Origin: Candidatus Nomurabacteria bacterium
GTDB taxonomy: Bacteria; Patescibacteriota; Minisyncoccia; Phycocordibacterales; UBA918
Length of the DNA: 64,000 bases
Assembly: GCA_020632075.1 (NCBI GenBank)
Contig: JACKGH010000001.1
Span: forward strand, 259,216 to 323,215
Reading direction: 5' to 3'
This document shows positions 41,354 through 51,299 of this stretch, one piece after another; the first letter of the stretch is position 1; each line of letters opens with the position of its first letter. The notes beneath the pieces were generated by a model. That model saw nothing but the letters and a program-made list of their open reading frames with translations. It made no database searches and was not told the origin of the DNA. The translations under genes and the position numbers were made by a program.

Positions 41354-42289
41354 ATGACTTGGTTTTTCTTCGCTCTCATCGGTCCGCTCTTGTATGCGAC
41401 GACAAATCATATCGACAAACTTCTCCTTGAAAAATACTTCAAAGAAGGTGGGGTAGGGACGCTGATGATCTTTTCATCAGTTTTGTCGATCTTGATCGTG
41501 CCATTTGTGTATATTGGCGAGATCTACTTCCATGGGAGTTCGAGTGCGTTTTCACTTGGCTGGGTAAACACGCTCACGCTCTGTACGGTAGGGTTACTTA
41601 ACATTCTCTTGCTTTGGTTCTACCTAAAAGCACTCGAAGACGATGAAGCCTCGATCGTGATCGTGTTTTATCAGCTCGTGCCAGTTTTTGGCTATATTCT
41701 TGGTTACTTCATCCTCGGTGAGGTTTTAAATCAGATGCAGCTTATTGCTATGGCGATCGTCATTCTCGGAACAAGCATCATTGCGGTTGAGATCGACAGT
41801 GAAAATAAATTCAAACTGCGCCGTAAGACGGTCTACTACATGCTTGGCGCGTCGTTGTGTTGGGCTCTTGGATCAGTGATCTTCAAGGCAGTGGCTATAG
41901 AAGAAAACGTCTGGGTGTCGCTCTTTTGGGAGAACACCATGCTCGTGATCGTTGGTATTTTCTTCCTCCTATTCATACCAAGCTACCGCAATCACTTTTT
42001 GACCGCGGTGCACAAAAACTCAGCTGCCATTCTTTCGATCAACGTCACCAACGAAGTACTCTACATGCTCGGTAACGCAGTAATGGCCTTTGCCTTCCTG
42101 ATGGCACCGATCGCACTTGTGCTGCTCACTCAATCATTCCAACCTATCTTCGTGCTAGCGATCGGCATCTTACTCACCATTTTCTTCCCAAGATTAGGAA
42201 CCGAGAAGATCGAATCAAAATACATCTTACAGAAATTGATCGCTATCCTGATCACTGGTATCGGTACATATCTACTGCTCACCAGTTAG
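41354..42289 (+). CDS. EamA/DMT-superfamily transporter (10 TM)
   Basis: duplicated 5-TM EamA-like halves. Confidence 0.75.
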   Translation: MTWFFFALIGPLLYATTNHIDKLLLEKYFKEGGVGTLMIFSSVLSILIVPFVYIGEIYFHGSSSAFSLGWVNTLTLCTVGLLNILLLWFYLKALEDDEASIVIVFYQLVPVFGYILGYFILGEVLNQMQLIAMAIVILGTSIIAVEIDSENKFKLRRKTVYYMLGASLCWALGSVIFKAVAIEENVWVSLFWENTMLVIVGIFFLLFIPSYRNHFLTAVHKNSAAILSINVTNEVLYMLGNAVMAFAFLMAPIALVLLTQSFQPIFVLAIGILLTIFFPRLGTEKIESKYILQKLIAILITGIGTYLLLTS

Positions 42290-42366
42290 CATTATGCACG
42301 CACGATCCAAAGTCACCTGAATGGCTTTGGTATACTATCAAGTGAAGCATGTCGCGGTGAATAAAC

Positions 42367-42780
42367 ATGCAGCACCTTAAAGACCATCTTTTGTCATATG
42401 TTCTCGTACCGCTCCTTATCCTAGCGGCGGGAGCTTCGTATTATCGCTTTATGGTACTGCACGACCATATGGTCTCATACGAAGGTTTTTGTGACCCTGC
42501 TACCGAAAGCTGTTTCGTTGGTTGCGAGGAAGAGGTTGATGATATTGCAGAGTGTCCGACCGATCTGGTCTTTTACTACACTGAGGTGGAGCGACACGCC
42601 ACAGAGCTCTACACCCACTGCGGTGATTCAATCATCGATTGTCCTGAAGCTGACTACTGCACTGAAGACGAGCTAGATAGCTGTGTCGTTATTTACTGTG
42701 ATCCTCTAGAAGACGTGGGGCTGTGTGACGGTGAGGAACTAGCGCCCGACACAAGCGAGATTCGTTACCCGATCAATTAG
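42367..42780 (+). CDS. small secreted acidic Cys-rich protein (10 Cys)
   Basis: N-terminal TM/signal; D/E-rich; 4 nt upstream of histidine kinase. Confidence 0.5.
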   Translation: MQHLKDHLLSYVLVPLLILAAGASYYRFMVLHDHMVSYEGFCDPATESCFVGCEEEVDDIAECPTDLVFYYTEVERHATELYTHCGDSIIDCPEADYCTEDELDSCVVIYCDPLEDVGLCDGEELAPDTSEIRYPIN

Positions 42781-42783
42781 CCT

Positions 42784-44460
42784 ATGAACTGTTACTTATA
42801 CCCAGAACCTTCATATTTCTTCTTTGCTCCTGATCTACCTGGGTTGCTCTACTACTCGCATATTCCAACTTCTATCATCGCACTCTTAGTTGGCCTCTTT
42901 GTATTCTTGAACGCACGAAAACTACTCCTGAACAAACTCCTCCTCCTGATCGCGGTTTGTTTCTCGCTCTACACTTTCTTTAGCTTGATCGCATGGACGA
43001 ACGTCCATGGTGACTTTATCCTGTTCATCTGGCCTGCATTTGGCATTTTGCAAGCATTCATCTCAATATTTTCCGTCTACTTCATCTATGTTTTCTTACA
43101 AAAGTCAGATGTGTCAACCAAGCTCAAAGCTGTCTTTGCGGCTCTCTTAGCGCCAGTACTACTTTTTGCACACACCGATCTCAGCGTCAGCGGTTTCAAT
43201 CTCACGTATTGTGATTCATTTGGCTACGAAGGTGAACTGTACAAGTTCTATTACACTGCGCTTGGCGTACTCGCAATGTTCTGGATCGCAATACTCCTCT
43301 TAAAACACTATCGAAGCGCTGCGGTTGAATTCCGCAAACAGATCATTCTTATGGGTATTGGCATCGAGTTCTTCCTGTTTAGCTTCTTTACTATGTCTTT
43401 TTTAGCAACCTACCTGGCTGGACTCGGGGTGTTCGAAGACTCTAGTTTGGAGTTCTACGGCATGTTCGGCATGGCAGTGTTCATGACTATGATGGGCGTC
43501 CTCATTGTCCGTTTCAAAACCTTCAATGTTGGCCTTAGTGCATCGGTTGCACTAGTCGTCTCATTGGTTATTCTTGTTGGCTCACAATTCACGTACGTCG
43601 AGACCATGACAGCAAAGCTGCTGACTTCATTTACCTTGGTCATTACCGGTCTTATCGGTATCTTGTTGATGCGAAGTGTAAAGAAAGAGATCAAGCAGCG
43701 CCAAGAGCTTGAAGACCTCACCAAAAGACTTGAGAAGGCAAACACCAGACTCAAGGTGCTGGATAAGCAGAAGTCTGAGTTTGTGTCGATCGCATCACAC
43801 CAGCTGCGTAGCCCACTCACGGCGATCCGCGGATACGCGTCGCTACTCATTGATGGCGACTATGGAAACATCCCAAAGAAAGCTCTCGAGCCACTTTCGC
43901 GCATTGAGCAGTCGTCTCGACTGATGGTTATGGCGATCGAAGACTACCTCAACGTGTCTCGCATTGAAGCAGGAAACATGAAGTACAACATGGCTGATTT
44001 CAACCTTCGCGATGAAACCGAGCATGTGTGCGACGACCTCCGTGCCAGCGCGATCAAACGAGGTCTGGTATTGTACTTCAAAACCAACCTTCATAGTCGC
44101 GGTGTGGTCAATGCCGATCTTGGTAAAACAGTCCAGATCGTTCAAAACCTCATCACCAACTCGATCAAGTACACTGAGAAGGGGACCGTCGAAGTGCTCG
44201 TGCGAGACAACGTCGCTAAAAAACGCATCTATGTCGATATCATCGATACGGGTATTGGCATGAGTCAGGAAACACAACATACGATCTTCCAAAAGTTTGA
44301 GCGAGCGCATAATGCCAATGCAGTTAACATTCACGGCACTGGACTTGGCTTATACGTAGCACTCAAAATGGCACAAGCAATGAGAGGCGACATCACCGCC
44401 CACTCAGACGGAGAAGGAAAGGGGTCACGCTTTACCTTTGAGCTTCCGCTCGCACTATAA
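42784..44460 (+). CDS. sensor histidine kinase with about 7 TM N-terminal sensor
   Basis: H-box SEFVSIASHQLRSPL, N/G1/G2 boxes (GTGLGLYVA). Confidence 0.8.
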   Translation: MNCYLYPEPSYFFFAPDLPGLLYYSHIPTSIIALLVGLFVFLNARKLLLNKLLLLIAVCFSLYTFFSLIAWTNVHGDFILFIWPAFGILQAFISIFSVYFIYVFLQKSDVSTKLKAVFAALLAPVLLFAHTDLSVSGFNLTYCDSFGYEGELYKFYYTALGVLAMFWIAILLLKHYRSAAVEFRKQIILMGIGIEFFLFSFFTMSFLATYLAGLGVFEDSSLEFYGMFGMAVFMTMMGVLIVRFKTFNVGLSASVALVVSLVILVGSQFTYVETMTAKLLTSFTLVITGLIGILLMRSVKKEIKQRQELEDLTKRLEKANTRLKVLDKQKSEFVSIASHQLRSPLTAIRGYASLLIDGDYGNIPKKALEPLSRIEQSSRLMVMAIEDYLNVSRIEAGNMKYNMADFNLRDETEHVCDDLRASAIKRGLVLYFKTNLHSRGVVNADLGKTVQIVQNLITNSIKYTEKGTVEVLVRDNVAKKRIYVDIIDTGIGMSQETQHTIFQKFERAHNANAVNIHGTGLGLYVALKMAQAMRGDITAHSDGEGKGSRFTFELPLAL

Positions 44461-44490
44461 TTCATTGTTTTGGAGCAGTTTTCTGCTACT

Positions 44491-45444
44491 ATGAGCGATA
44501 TGACTACTGGAAAGAAGCGACTACTTACTGGCCTGCAAGCTTCAGGCAATCTACATATTGGTAACTACTTTGGTGCTCTTAAACCCTTTTTGGATATTTA
44601 CGAAGACTATGAAAGCTACTTGATGGTAGCCGACTACCACGCCCTCACCAGCTTACGAGACCCTGAGGCGCTTCGCGCAAACATCCTTAATGTTGTACGT
44701 GACTACCTCGCAGTAGGAGTTGATCCTGAAAAAGCAGTGATCTTTTGTCAATCTGACAACCAAGATCACACTGAGCTTGGTTGGGTGATGGACTGTATGG
44801 TCACAGTGCCGTTCCTTATGCAAGCTCATTCATACAAAGACAAGGTAGCAAAGGGAATTGAACCGAATGCAGGCCTTTTCACCTACCCGATGCTCCAAGC
44901 CGCTGACATAGCTCTCTACAATACCGATGTCGTACCCGTCGGCGAAGACCAACGACAGCATATTGAATACACTCGTGAAGCAGTAGGGAAGTTTAATCGT
45001 GCGTATGGCGATATTCTGAAAGAGCCAGCTGAAATGATCCTGGAAGGAGTTGGCGTAGTACCAGGAACCGATGGTCAGAAAATGAGCAAGAGCTACGGTA
45101 ATACCGTTCCGCTTTTTGGCACTAAGGAAGAGATAGAAAAGGCTGTCATGAGTATCGTAACTGACTCTGCTGGAGATCGACCTGAGAATGTCTACGCGAT
45201 CCACCGACTTCTGAAGAGTGCCAAGGAACTCGACCCGATCTACGAGGAGCATAAGGGGCGATACGGTGACCTGAAAAAACTGCTCGCTGCGGACCTCGAA
45301 GCTTTGATCGCTCCAATGCGTGAGAAGCGAGCTAGCATCAGTGACGATGATGTTCGTGCTGTGCTCCAAGCTGGTGCAGAAAAAGCAAGAGCTGTCTCTG
45401 GTCAGACGTTGAAGACAGTGAGAAAGGCGATTGGCATTGACTAG
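44491..45444 (+). CDS. trpS: tryptophanyl-tRNA synthetase
   Basis: HIGN (GNLHIGNYFG) and KMSKS; ORF-track start at 44470 is TTG. Confidence 0.9.
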   Translation: MSDMTTGKKRLLTGLQASGNLHIGNYFGALKPFLDIYEDYESYLMVADYHALTSLRDPEALRANILNVVRDYLAVGVDPEKAVIFCQSDNQDHTELGWVMDCMVTVPFLMQAHSYKDKVAKGIEPNAGLFTYPMLQAADIALYNTDVVPVGEDQRQHIEYTREAVGKFNRAYGDILKEPAEMILEGVGVVPGTDGQKMSKSYGNTVPLFGTKEEIEKAVMSIVTDSAGDRPENVYAIHRLLKSAKELDPIYEEHKGRYGDLKKLLAADLEALIAPMREKRASISDDDVRAVLQAGAEKARAVSGQTLKTVRKAIGID

Positions 45445-45499
45445 TGACTATACAATGGTATAGTCTTCGCCAGAACACACAGCTGCCGAGGAGGAAGCT

Positions 45500-45805
45500 A
45501 TGCACGGGAATACAACCGACCTTTCGGTTGAAGAACAAGTACAACTGGTGGCGATGCGGCACGATTTTGAAGTCGCGCGACTGCATGTCTACGAAGCGCC
45601 AGATACGATGGTGTTTCAGGCGAGTCAGGACGGCGTCGGCCCTTCGCGACTTACTGCCGAACACTTTCTCGACATCCTGCAGAATACCTTGCTGCTGGAG
45701 AGACCCCTGGACTGCTCGGTAATCAGTAGAAACCCGGGACCGGCACCATTGGGTGAAGGAAGCTGGGTCGAGAACACCGTATACTTGATCGAAGTCAAGA
45801 TCTAA
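45500..45805 (+). CDS. hypothetical small protein
   Basis: GAGGAGG RBS, terminator immediately after. Confidence 0.5.
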   Translation: MHGNTTDLSVEEQVQLVAMRHDFEVARLHVYEAPDTMVFQASQDGVGPSRLTAEHFLDILQNTLLLERPLDCSVISRNPGPAPLGEGSWVENTVYLIEVKI

Positions 45806-45821
45806 ACAGAACTGACCTGTA

Positions 45822-45848
45822 AGTCTCGCGTCGCGAGACTTTTTTGTT
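45822..45848 (+). terminator. rho-independent terminator
   Basis: agtctcgcg-tcg-cgagact then TTTTTGTT. Confidence 0.85.
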
Positions 45849-46120
45849 GACGTAAAGTAAGCTTCAGGATATTCTTTCAATAAGCCATTGAAGCAGCTGA
45901 CACTGTGGAGGTGGGAGAAGAAACGTGGCGGGATTTTTTAAAAGGTCTTTTAAAAAATCCCGCCACAGAGTAGACCTCTCCGGTTTGTGCCCGATATCGC
46001 ACTGGTCGAAAACTAAGGTCCTCACCTGAGGATGAAGTAGGGTGGCACCGCGACTCACAAGAGATTCGCCCCTACGAAACTATTAGTTACTAATACTTTC
46101 GTAGGGGCGGTTTTCTTTTC
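45847..46120 (+). promoter_or_regulatory. promoter (TTGACG-N17-TATTCT) plus T-box riboswitch leader controlling aspS
   Basis: T-box core tAGGGTGGCACCGCG at 46038..46052; antiterminator GGG[UGGCACC]GCG...CGCCCC competes with the terminator at 46067..46120; stem I hairpin at 45925..45966; candidate GAC specifier at 45973..45975. Confidence 0.7.
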
Positions 46121-46140
46121 CTCCCCTACACACAAATCAT

Positions 46141-47499
46141 ATGGAACGAACACTTATTTCCGACCTACACGAAAAAGTGGGGGAAGAAACACTTATTAAC
46201 TGTGTTGTCAGTACCGTGCGTCAGCAGGGCAAGATGGCCTTCTTCGACTTCCGCGACCGATCAAGTGTGATCCAGGGTGTGGTCTTCGGTAAACCTGAAG
46301 TACTCGAGGTCGCCAAGACCGTAAGCGAAGAAAGCCCACTCGCCGTGACCGGCATCGTCAACAAGCGCCCAGAAAAGGGAGTAAACGATAAGGTACCAAA
46401 TGGCGACATCGAACTCGAAATCACGAGCATCGAGGTGCTCAACCTTTCAGAAGCGATGCCGTTTGATATGAGTGCGGAACTCAACCTCGAGACTATTCTC
46501 GACAACCGGCCGCTTACCCTACGCCGACCACACGACCGCGCGATCTTCAAGATCCAAGCCACCATCACCCGCGCGTACGGTGAGTACATGCGGAGTCAAG
46601 GCTTTACTGAATTCCAAGCCCCAAAGATCGTTGGTGGCGATGCCGAAGGAGGGGCGGAGGTCTTCAAGGTCGACTACTTCAAGGGCGTAAAAGCCTCACT
46701 CGCTACCAGCCCGCAACTGTACAAGCAGATCATGGTGGGAGTGTTCGAGCGGGTCTTCACCTACGCCACCGCCTTCCGCGCCGAAAAGAGCGCAACGACC
46801 CGACACCTCAGCGAGTACACGTCACTCGATATGGAAATGGGATTCATCAAGGATCACACGGATCTTATGCGGATGGAAACCGGCTTGATGAAATACATCA
46901 GCACAGAAATCGGGAAAGTAAACGCTGCTGAACTCGAGATCCTCGGTATGGAGTTGCCGAAGCTACCTGAAGAAGACCTCTTCCCGCACTACAAGCTGCG
47001 CGAAGCACAGGAACTAATCAAGGAAAAAACTGGTAAAGATAAGGTAGGGGAGCCAGACCTAGAACCAGAAGACGAGCGCTGGCTTTGCGAGTACGCTGCA
47101 AGCGAGCTTGGTAGTGACTTCATTTTCATCACACACTATCCAGTCAGCAAACGACCATTCTACACGTACGAAGATGAAAATGACCCAGGCTTCACCAAGA
47201 GCTTCGACCTACTCTTCCGCGGGGTAGAGGTGACTACCGGCGGACAGCGTATCCACAGCCTTGAGACACTGAAAGATAAACTCGCTGCGAAGAAGATGGA
47301 CGCGAGCAACTTCGACTTCTACTTCCAAGCCTTCAAGTACGGCATTCCGCCACACGGCGGCTGGGGCATGGGGCTTGAGCGTCTCACACAGAAATTCTGT
47401 GGTGTACACAACGTAAAGGAAGCCACCCTCTTCCCACGCGACATCAACCGTATTGATACCTTTACATCAAAGGATGTGAGCGAGAGTGCAGAAATCTAA
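46141..47499 (+). CDS. aspS: aspartyl-tRNA synthetase, short archaeal/eukaryal-like type
   Basis: class II motifs FRAE..., GGWGMGLERL; SPQLYKQ; no GAD insertion. Confidence 0.85.
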   Translation: MERTLISDLHEKVGEETLINCVVSTVRQQGKMAFFDFRDRSSVIQGVVFGKPEVLEVAKTVSEESPLAVTGIVNKRPEKGVNDKVPNGDIELEITSIEVLNLSEAMPFDMSAELNLETILDNRPLTLRRPHDRAIFKIQATITRAYGEYMRSQGFTEFQAPKIVGGDAEGGAEVFKVDYFKGVKASLATSPQLYKQIMVGVFERVFTYATAFRAEKSATTRHLSEYTSLDMEMGFIKDHTDLMRMETGLMKYISTEIGKVNAAELEILGMELPKLPEEDLFPHYKLREAQELIKEKTGKDKVGEPDLEPEDERWLCEYAASELGSDFIFITHYPVSKRPFYTYEDENDPGFTKSFDLLFRGVEVTTGGQRIHSLETLKDKLAAKKMDASNFDFYFQAFKYGIPPHGGWGMGLERLTQKFCGVHNVKEATLFPRDINRIDTFTSKDVSESAEI

Positions 47500-47620
47500 A
47501 ACTCAACACAACTGCATCAATCGCACAAAGACTCAACGTCCTCGCTCCTGACATTGTCGCTGCGGATGTTTCGCTATTGTGTGACTGAAGCAGTTGCTTA
47601 CCTAGACTTTAAAAGTGACC

Positions 47621-47656
47621 AGCGGCAGAAAGCTTTCAGCTTCTGCCGCTTTTGTT
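47621..47656 (+). terminator. rho-independent terminator
   Basis: agcggcagaa...ttctgccgct then TTTGTT. Confidence 0.75.
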
Positions 47657-47667
47657 ATACTTCCTCC

Positions 47668-49095
47668 ATGACTAAAATCACCACATCGCCAAAGACCCTG
47701 GCTGACATTCCAAAAAAATACACCCACATTATTCTGACTGAGGACAAGCCAAGCTGGCATCGTTTGGTAAAAGCGGCTGACGGTTCGCTCGAGTACCGTA
47801 TGGGAGTGGGAAAGTGGAAGAATGTAGACCAACGTACATTTCGTACAGTAGTACGATCAGTGGTGCAGGCAGCAAAAGCGCATCAGCTCGAACACATCGC
47901 GGTGCAATTTTCTAATTCTCCATTTCCAAAACTAACTGAGTACGGAGACGAGTGGGTCGTGCGCACTATTGCTGAAAACCTCGAGCTCGCACACTACGAA
48001 TTCACCAAGTACAAGACGCGCAAAAAGTCAGAGAAGGGGCTCAAGGAGATTTTAGTGTGTGGTGGGATGAGTGCGGCGGAAAAGCGAAGCTTTTCCGCCG
48101 GCCAGGTGATCGGCCAGTCAGCCAACTTCACTCGCGACATCGCCAACACCACTGGCGAACACATGACCCCAAGTGAGCTGGCCAAGGCAGCCAAAGAAGC
48201 GGTGAAGGGGACAAAGGTTTCAGTAAAGATCCTCAATATGGCAGCCATCAAAAAAGAGGGGATGGGGCTACTTGAAGCAGTTGGAAAGGGTGCAGCTGAC
48301 GGGCCATGCTTGATCGTGATGGAATACTGGGGCGCCGGGAAGCCAACCAAGAAAGATAAAAGCAAGGCGCCAATTGCCCTCATCGGCAAAGGCATCACCT
48401 ACGACAGTGGGGGCCTCAACGTAAAGCCGGGTGGCTTTATGCACGAAATGCACATGGACATGTCTGGTGGCGCAGCCATGATCGGCACCATGCGAGCGAT
48501 CGCAAAGCTTGGTGTGAAGAAGAATGTCATTGCAGTAATAGCAGCCGCTGAAAACTCCATCTCACGCGATAGTATGCGGGCTGGCGACATTGCCACTTCG
48601 ATGAGTGGTAAGACCGTAGAGATCCTCCACACCGACGCCGAAGGTCGCCTGGTACTGGCTGATGCAATGACCTACGCCGAAAAGTACTACTCGCCACGCG
48701 TTATGCTCGACGCCGCGACACTGACTGGAGCTTCGCTTGCCGCGCTCGGTCAACACACCTCGGCAGTCCTCACCAAAGACAAAGCTTTGGCAGATCAGAT
48801 CGTCGAGCTCGGCGAAGACGCTGGCGATCTCATGTGGCCACTCCCACTCTGGGACGAATACAAAGCCATGCTCAAGACCTACCGCGCAGACCTAAGCAAC
48901 ATCGCGAGCAACTTCTCCCGCTACGGTGGTTGTATTGAGGGCGGTATCTTCCTAGCACATTTTGCCCCCAAGAAGACACCATGGGCCCACCTCGACATCG
49001 CTCCACGCATGACCAGTATCCCAAGCGATAAACTCGCAAAAGGTGCTACTGGTGAACCAGTCAGACTGCTTGTGAAATTTGTAGAAGAATATTAA
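47668..49095 (+). CDS. pepA: leucyl aminopeptidase (M17)
   Basis: NTDAEGRLVLADA signature; the track ORF start at 47554 lies upstream of the terminator, so trimmed. Confidence 0.85.
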   Translation: MTKITTSPKTLADIPKKYTHIILTEDKPSWHRLVKAADGSLEYRMGVGKWKNVDQRTFRTVVRSVVQAAKAHQLEHIAVQFSNSPFPKLTEYGDEWVVRTIAENLELAHYEFTKYKTRKKSEKGLKEILVCGGMSAAEKRSFSAGQVIGQSANFTRDIANTTGEHMTPSELAKAAKEAVKGTKVSVKILNMAAIKKEGMGLLEAVGKGAADGPCLIVMEYWGAGKPTKKDKSKAPIALIGKGITYDSGGLNVKPGGFMHEMHMDMSGGAAMIGTMRAIAKLGVKKNVIAVIAAAENSISRDSMRAGDIATSMSGKTVEILHTDAEGRLVLADAMTYAEKYYSPRVMLDAATLTGASLAALGQHTSAVLTKDKALADQIVELGEDAGDLMWPLPLWDEYKAMLKTYRADLSNIASNFSRYGGCIEGGIFLAHFAPKKTPWAHLDIAPRMTSIPSDKLAKGATGEPVRLLVKFVEEY

Positions 49096-49127
49096 AAAAG
49101 GCCCTGGGTCATTCCAGGACCTTTTGT
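49096..49127. terminator. bidirectional terminator
   Basis: aaaaaaggccctgg...ccaggaccttttg between convergent genes. Confidence 0.6.
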
Positions 49128-49147
49128 TGCAAAAGAAGGAAAAAGCT

Positions 49148-50332
49148 TCAGCTTGCCTGCTGCTCTAGCGACAGCTCACCGATGGCAGCCGCTGCCCGCA
49201 GGTACAAGACCGCGCTCCACAACTGATCAGCCGAACCCATGGCAAAGCCATTGGCTGGATTGTAGTACTCATAGAAGCCGCTGTGGCTTTCAAGTTTGGC
49301 AAACTGATTCCGGGCGAGACCAAACTCTCCCATGTGAGCCAGTGCCATGACAGTGAAGCCAACAATGAATGGCCATACGACCACGCCGTTAGTCTCTTCG
49401 ATCACCAGGGCCTCCGCTTCGGTCTGCGGATTATGTCTGCAACTGATGGTCACTCCGTAGCTTGTGTTTACATTCATGAGTGCAGACACCACAGCCAGAT
49501 ACCGCTCCGGCGGCACAATGCCATACAGCACCGCCAGCGATGTCCCGAGCGGATCGATATGCAACACCTCAGGCCGATCCTGATACGCACCGTTCACGAA
49601 GAATCGCTCGTTTATCAGGTCTTTGAGAGCTGCTGCTTCCGCTGCAAACTGCTCGCCGTAGATGAGTGAAGCAGCTTCAGCATCATTGTGCCAAACACCA
49701 TTCAAATCGGTACTAAACTCCGCCAACATGGACAATGCGTGGTACCACAGACTGTTGTTGGTCAGAAGCGTCTTGTCGCCAAGCTCCTTCTCCATGGTGT
49801 CGCGCCAATCGCAACCTACCACCAGCCCGTCACGGAGCAAGTGCTCTTTGACGTACCAGTACGCGTGGAAGATCTGACCATAGAATCTGATCAACAACGT
49901 GTGATCACCAGTCAGATTTGCATACTCGAGCATCGCCACGATGTACATGATCTCGGAGTCCTTGGTGCCGGGAGTCAGGTTATACAACCCTTCCTCGCCA
50001 CCTTCCTCGATCATGCGCCGGAGCGGAAAGCCGATCTTGTGCCGATCGACCGCTTCCTCTACCTTGACACCGAGCATCTTCCACAGATCATCGGCAAACA
50101 AGATCGGCACACGACCGTCTTCACGGATCCGGACCGACAGTGCCTCGAGGTGACGCCGCGCAAGCCCAGCTCCACGCTCGCCACCAAAGCGAATCAGCGC
50201 CGGCAAGATAGCCAACGCCAGATCCCTGGTCCAACACTGGTACCGATACCGGTGTGGTGACGCCCAAACGCCGTTTTCTCCATAGCAACTCTGCAGAATA
50301 TTGAGTGCTTGTGTACTTTTTTCAGTGCTCAT
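49148..50332 (-). CDS. (alpha/alpha)6-barrel glycoside hydrolase (GH15/GH63/GH100-like)
   Basis: CWTRDLALA motif; AGGAGG RBS. Confidence 0.6.
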   Translation of the reverse strand: MSTEKSTQALNILQSCYGENGVWASPHRYRYQCWTRDLALAILPALIRFGGERGAGLARRHLEALSVRIREDGRVPILFADDLWKMLGVKVEEAVDRHKIGFPLRRMIEEGGEEGLYNLTPGTKDSEIMYIVAMLEYANLTGDHTLLIRFYGQIFHAYWYVKEHLLRDGLVVGCDWRDTMEKELGDKTLLTNNSLWYHALSMLAEFSTDLNGVWHNDAEAASLIYGEQFAAEAAALKDLINERFFVNGAYQDRPEVLHIDPLGTSLAVLYGIVPPERYLAVVSALMNVNTSYGVTISCRHNPQTEAEALVIEETNGVVVWPFIVGFTVMALAHMGEFGLARNQFAKLESHSGFYEYYNPANGFAMGSADQLWSAVLYLRAAAAIGELSLEQQAS

Positions 50333-50444
50333 AAAGCACCTCCTTTTGTTAGGTCAAAGATCTAGGTTTCTATTCTGCCACTTGGAGTAGCTCAATAACT
50401 TACCCTAAATATACCACTCTTAATGCTTTAGTCAATTACCCAGT

Positions 50445-51212
50445 ATGTGGCATAGACTGACGTGCTACACTAGTAGCGTGACCACCACAACGGCTTTTGC
50501 TATTAAAACAGAGACCTTTGAAGGTCCGATGGAACTCCTCATTGAACTCGTTGAAAAACGAAAGCTGTTGATCAATGACATTTCACTCGCTTCTGTGACC
50601 GACGAATACATGCAGACAGTGAGCGCCATGCAGGAACTCTCGCTCCCGAACACTGCCCAGTTCATCACTCTGGCCGCTACACTTCTCCTCATTAAATCAA
50701 AATCACTCTTGCCGGTCCTTGATCTCACTTCTGAAGAGGAGGCTAGTATTGATGACCTTGAGCAACGACTGAAACTCTACCAGCTCTATCGTGACGCCAG
50801 TCTTGAACTGCAGCTGTACTTCGGCAAGACCAATATGTACGAACCAGAGTACGTGCCACCACGCGAACCACTCTTTGTGCCTGACGTCTACTGTAATGTT
50901 AGTTCACTTAATGTAGCCATGCAGGAGGTGCTAGCCGGACTACCGAAGAACGAACCAAAACCAACCGCCAAGGTCCGTCCGACTGTCTCACTTGAAGACA
51001 TGATGGAACGACTCCAACGACGGATCGAGCAACAGATGAGAACTAAGTTCTCTGAGATCAGAGCCGGAGAGACTGAGCACAAGAATGTGATCGTTGGCTT
51101 TTTGGCGATCTTAGAACTCTTCAAGCAGGGCAACATCCTCATTACGCAAGAAGGAAGATTTAACGATATTCATATGGAACTCGAGCGAGCGGATACGCCG
51201 CGGTACTACTAG
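50445..51212 (+). CDS. scpA: segregation and condensation protein A
   Basis: FEGPMELLIELV motif. Confidence 0.8.
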   Translation: MWHRLTCYTSSVTTTTAFAIKTETFEGPMELLIELVEKRKLLINDISLASVTDEYMQTVSAMQELSLPNTAQFITLAATLLLIKSKSLLPVLDLTSEEEASIDDLEQRLKLYQLYRDASLELQLYFGKTNMYEPEYVPPREPLFVPDVYCNVSSLNVAMQEVLAGLPKNEPKPTAKVRPTVSLEDMMERLQRRIEQQMRTKFSEIRAGETEHKNVIVGFLAILELFKQGNILITQEGRFNDIHMELERADTPRYY

Positions 51213-51218
51213 AAAAGC

Positions 51219-51252
51219 AAAAAGGCCGGTGCCTTCGGCACCGGCCTTTTGC
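51219..51252 (+). terminator. rho-independent terminator
   Basis: aaaaaggccggtgcc-ttcg-gcaccggcc then TTTTG. Confidence 0.8.
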
Positions 51253-51299
51253 GCACAACCACCCCTGAAAATCCATATTTTTCATGCTATTATGACAGC

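Noticed and set aside
45338-45880. 180-aa minus-strand ORF antisense to the 45500 gene and trpS 3' end
   Set aside because: The + strand ORF has a consensus RBS and its own + strand terminator; the minus ORF would start inside that terminator
45864-46058. 64-aa minus-strand ORF
   Set aside because: Lies within the T-box leader RNA structure
47554-47667. N-terminal extension of pepA in the ORF track
   Set aside because: An intrinsic terminator (47621..47656) lies inside it; pepA starts at the ATG at 47668
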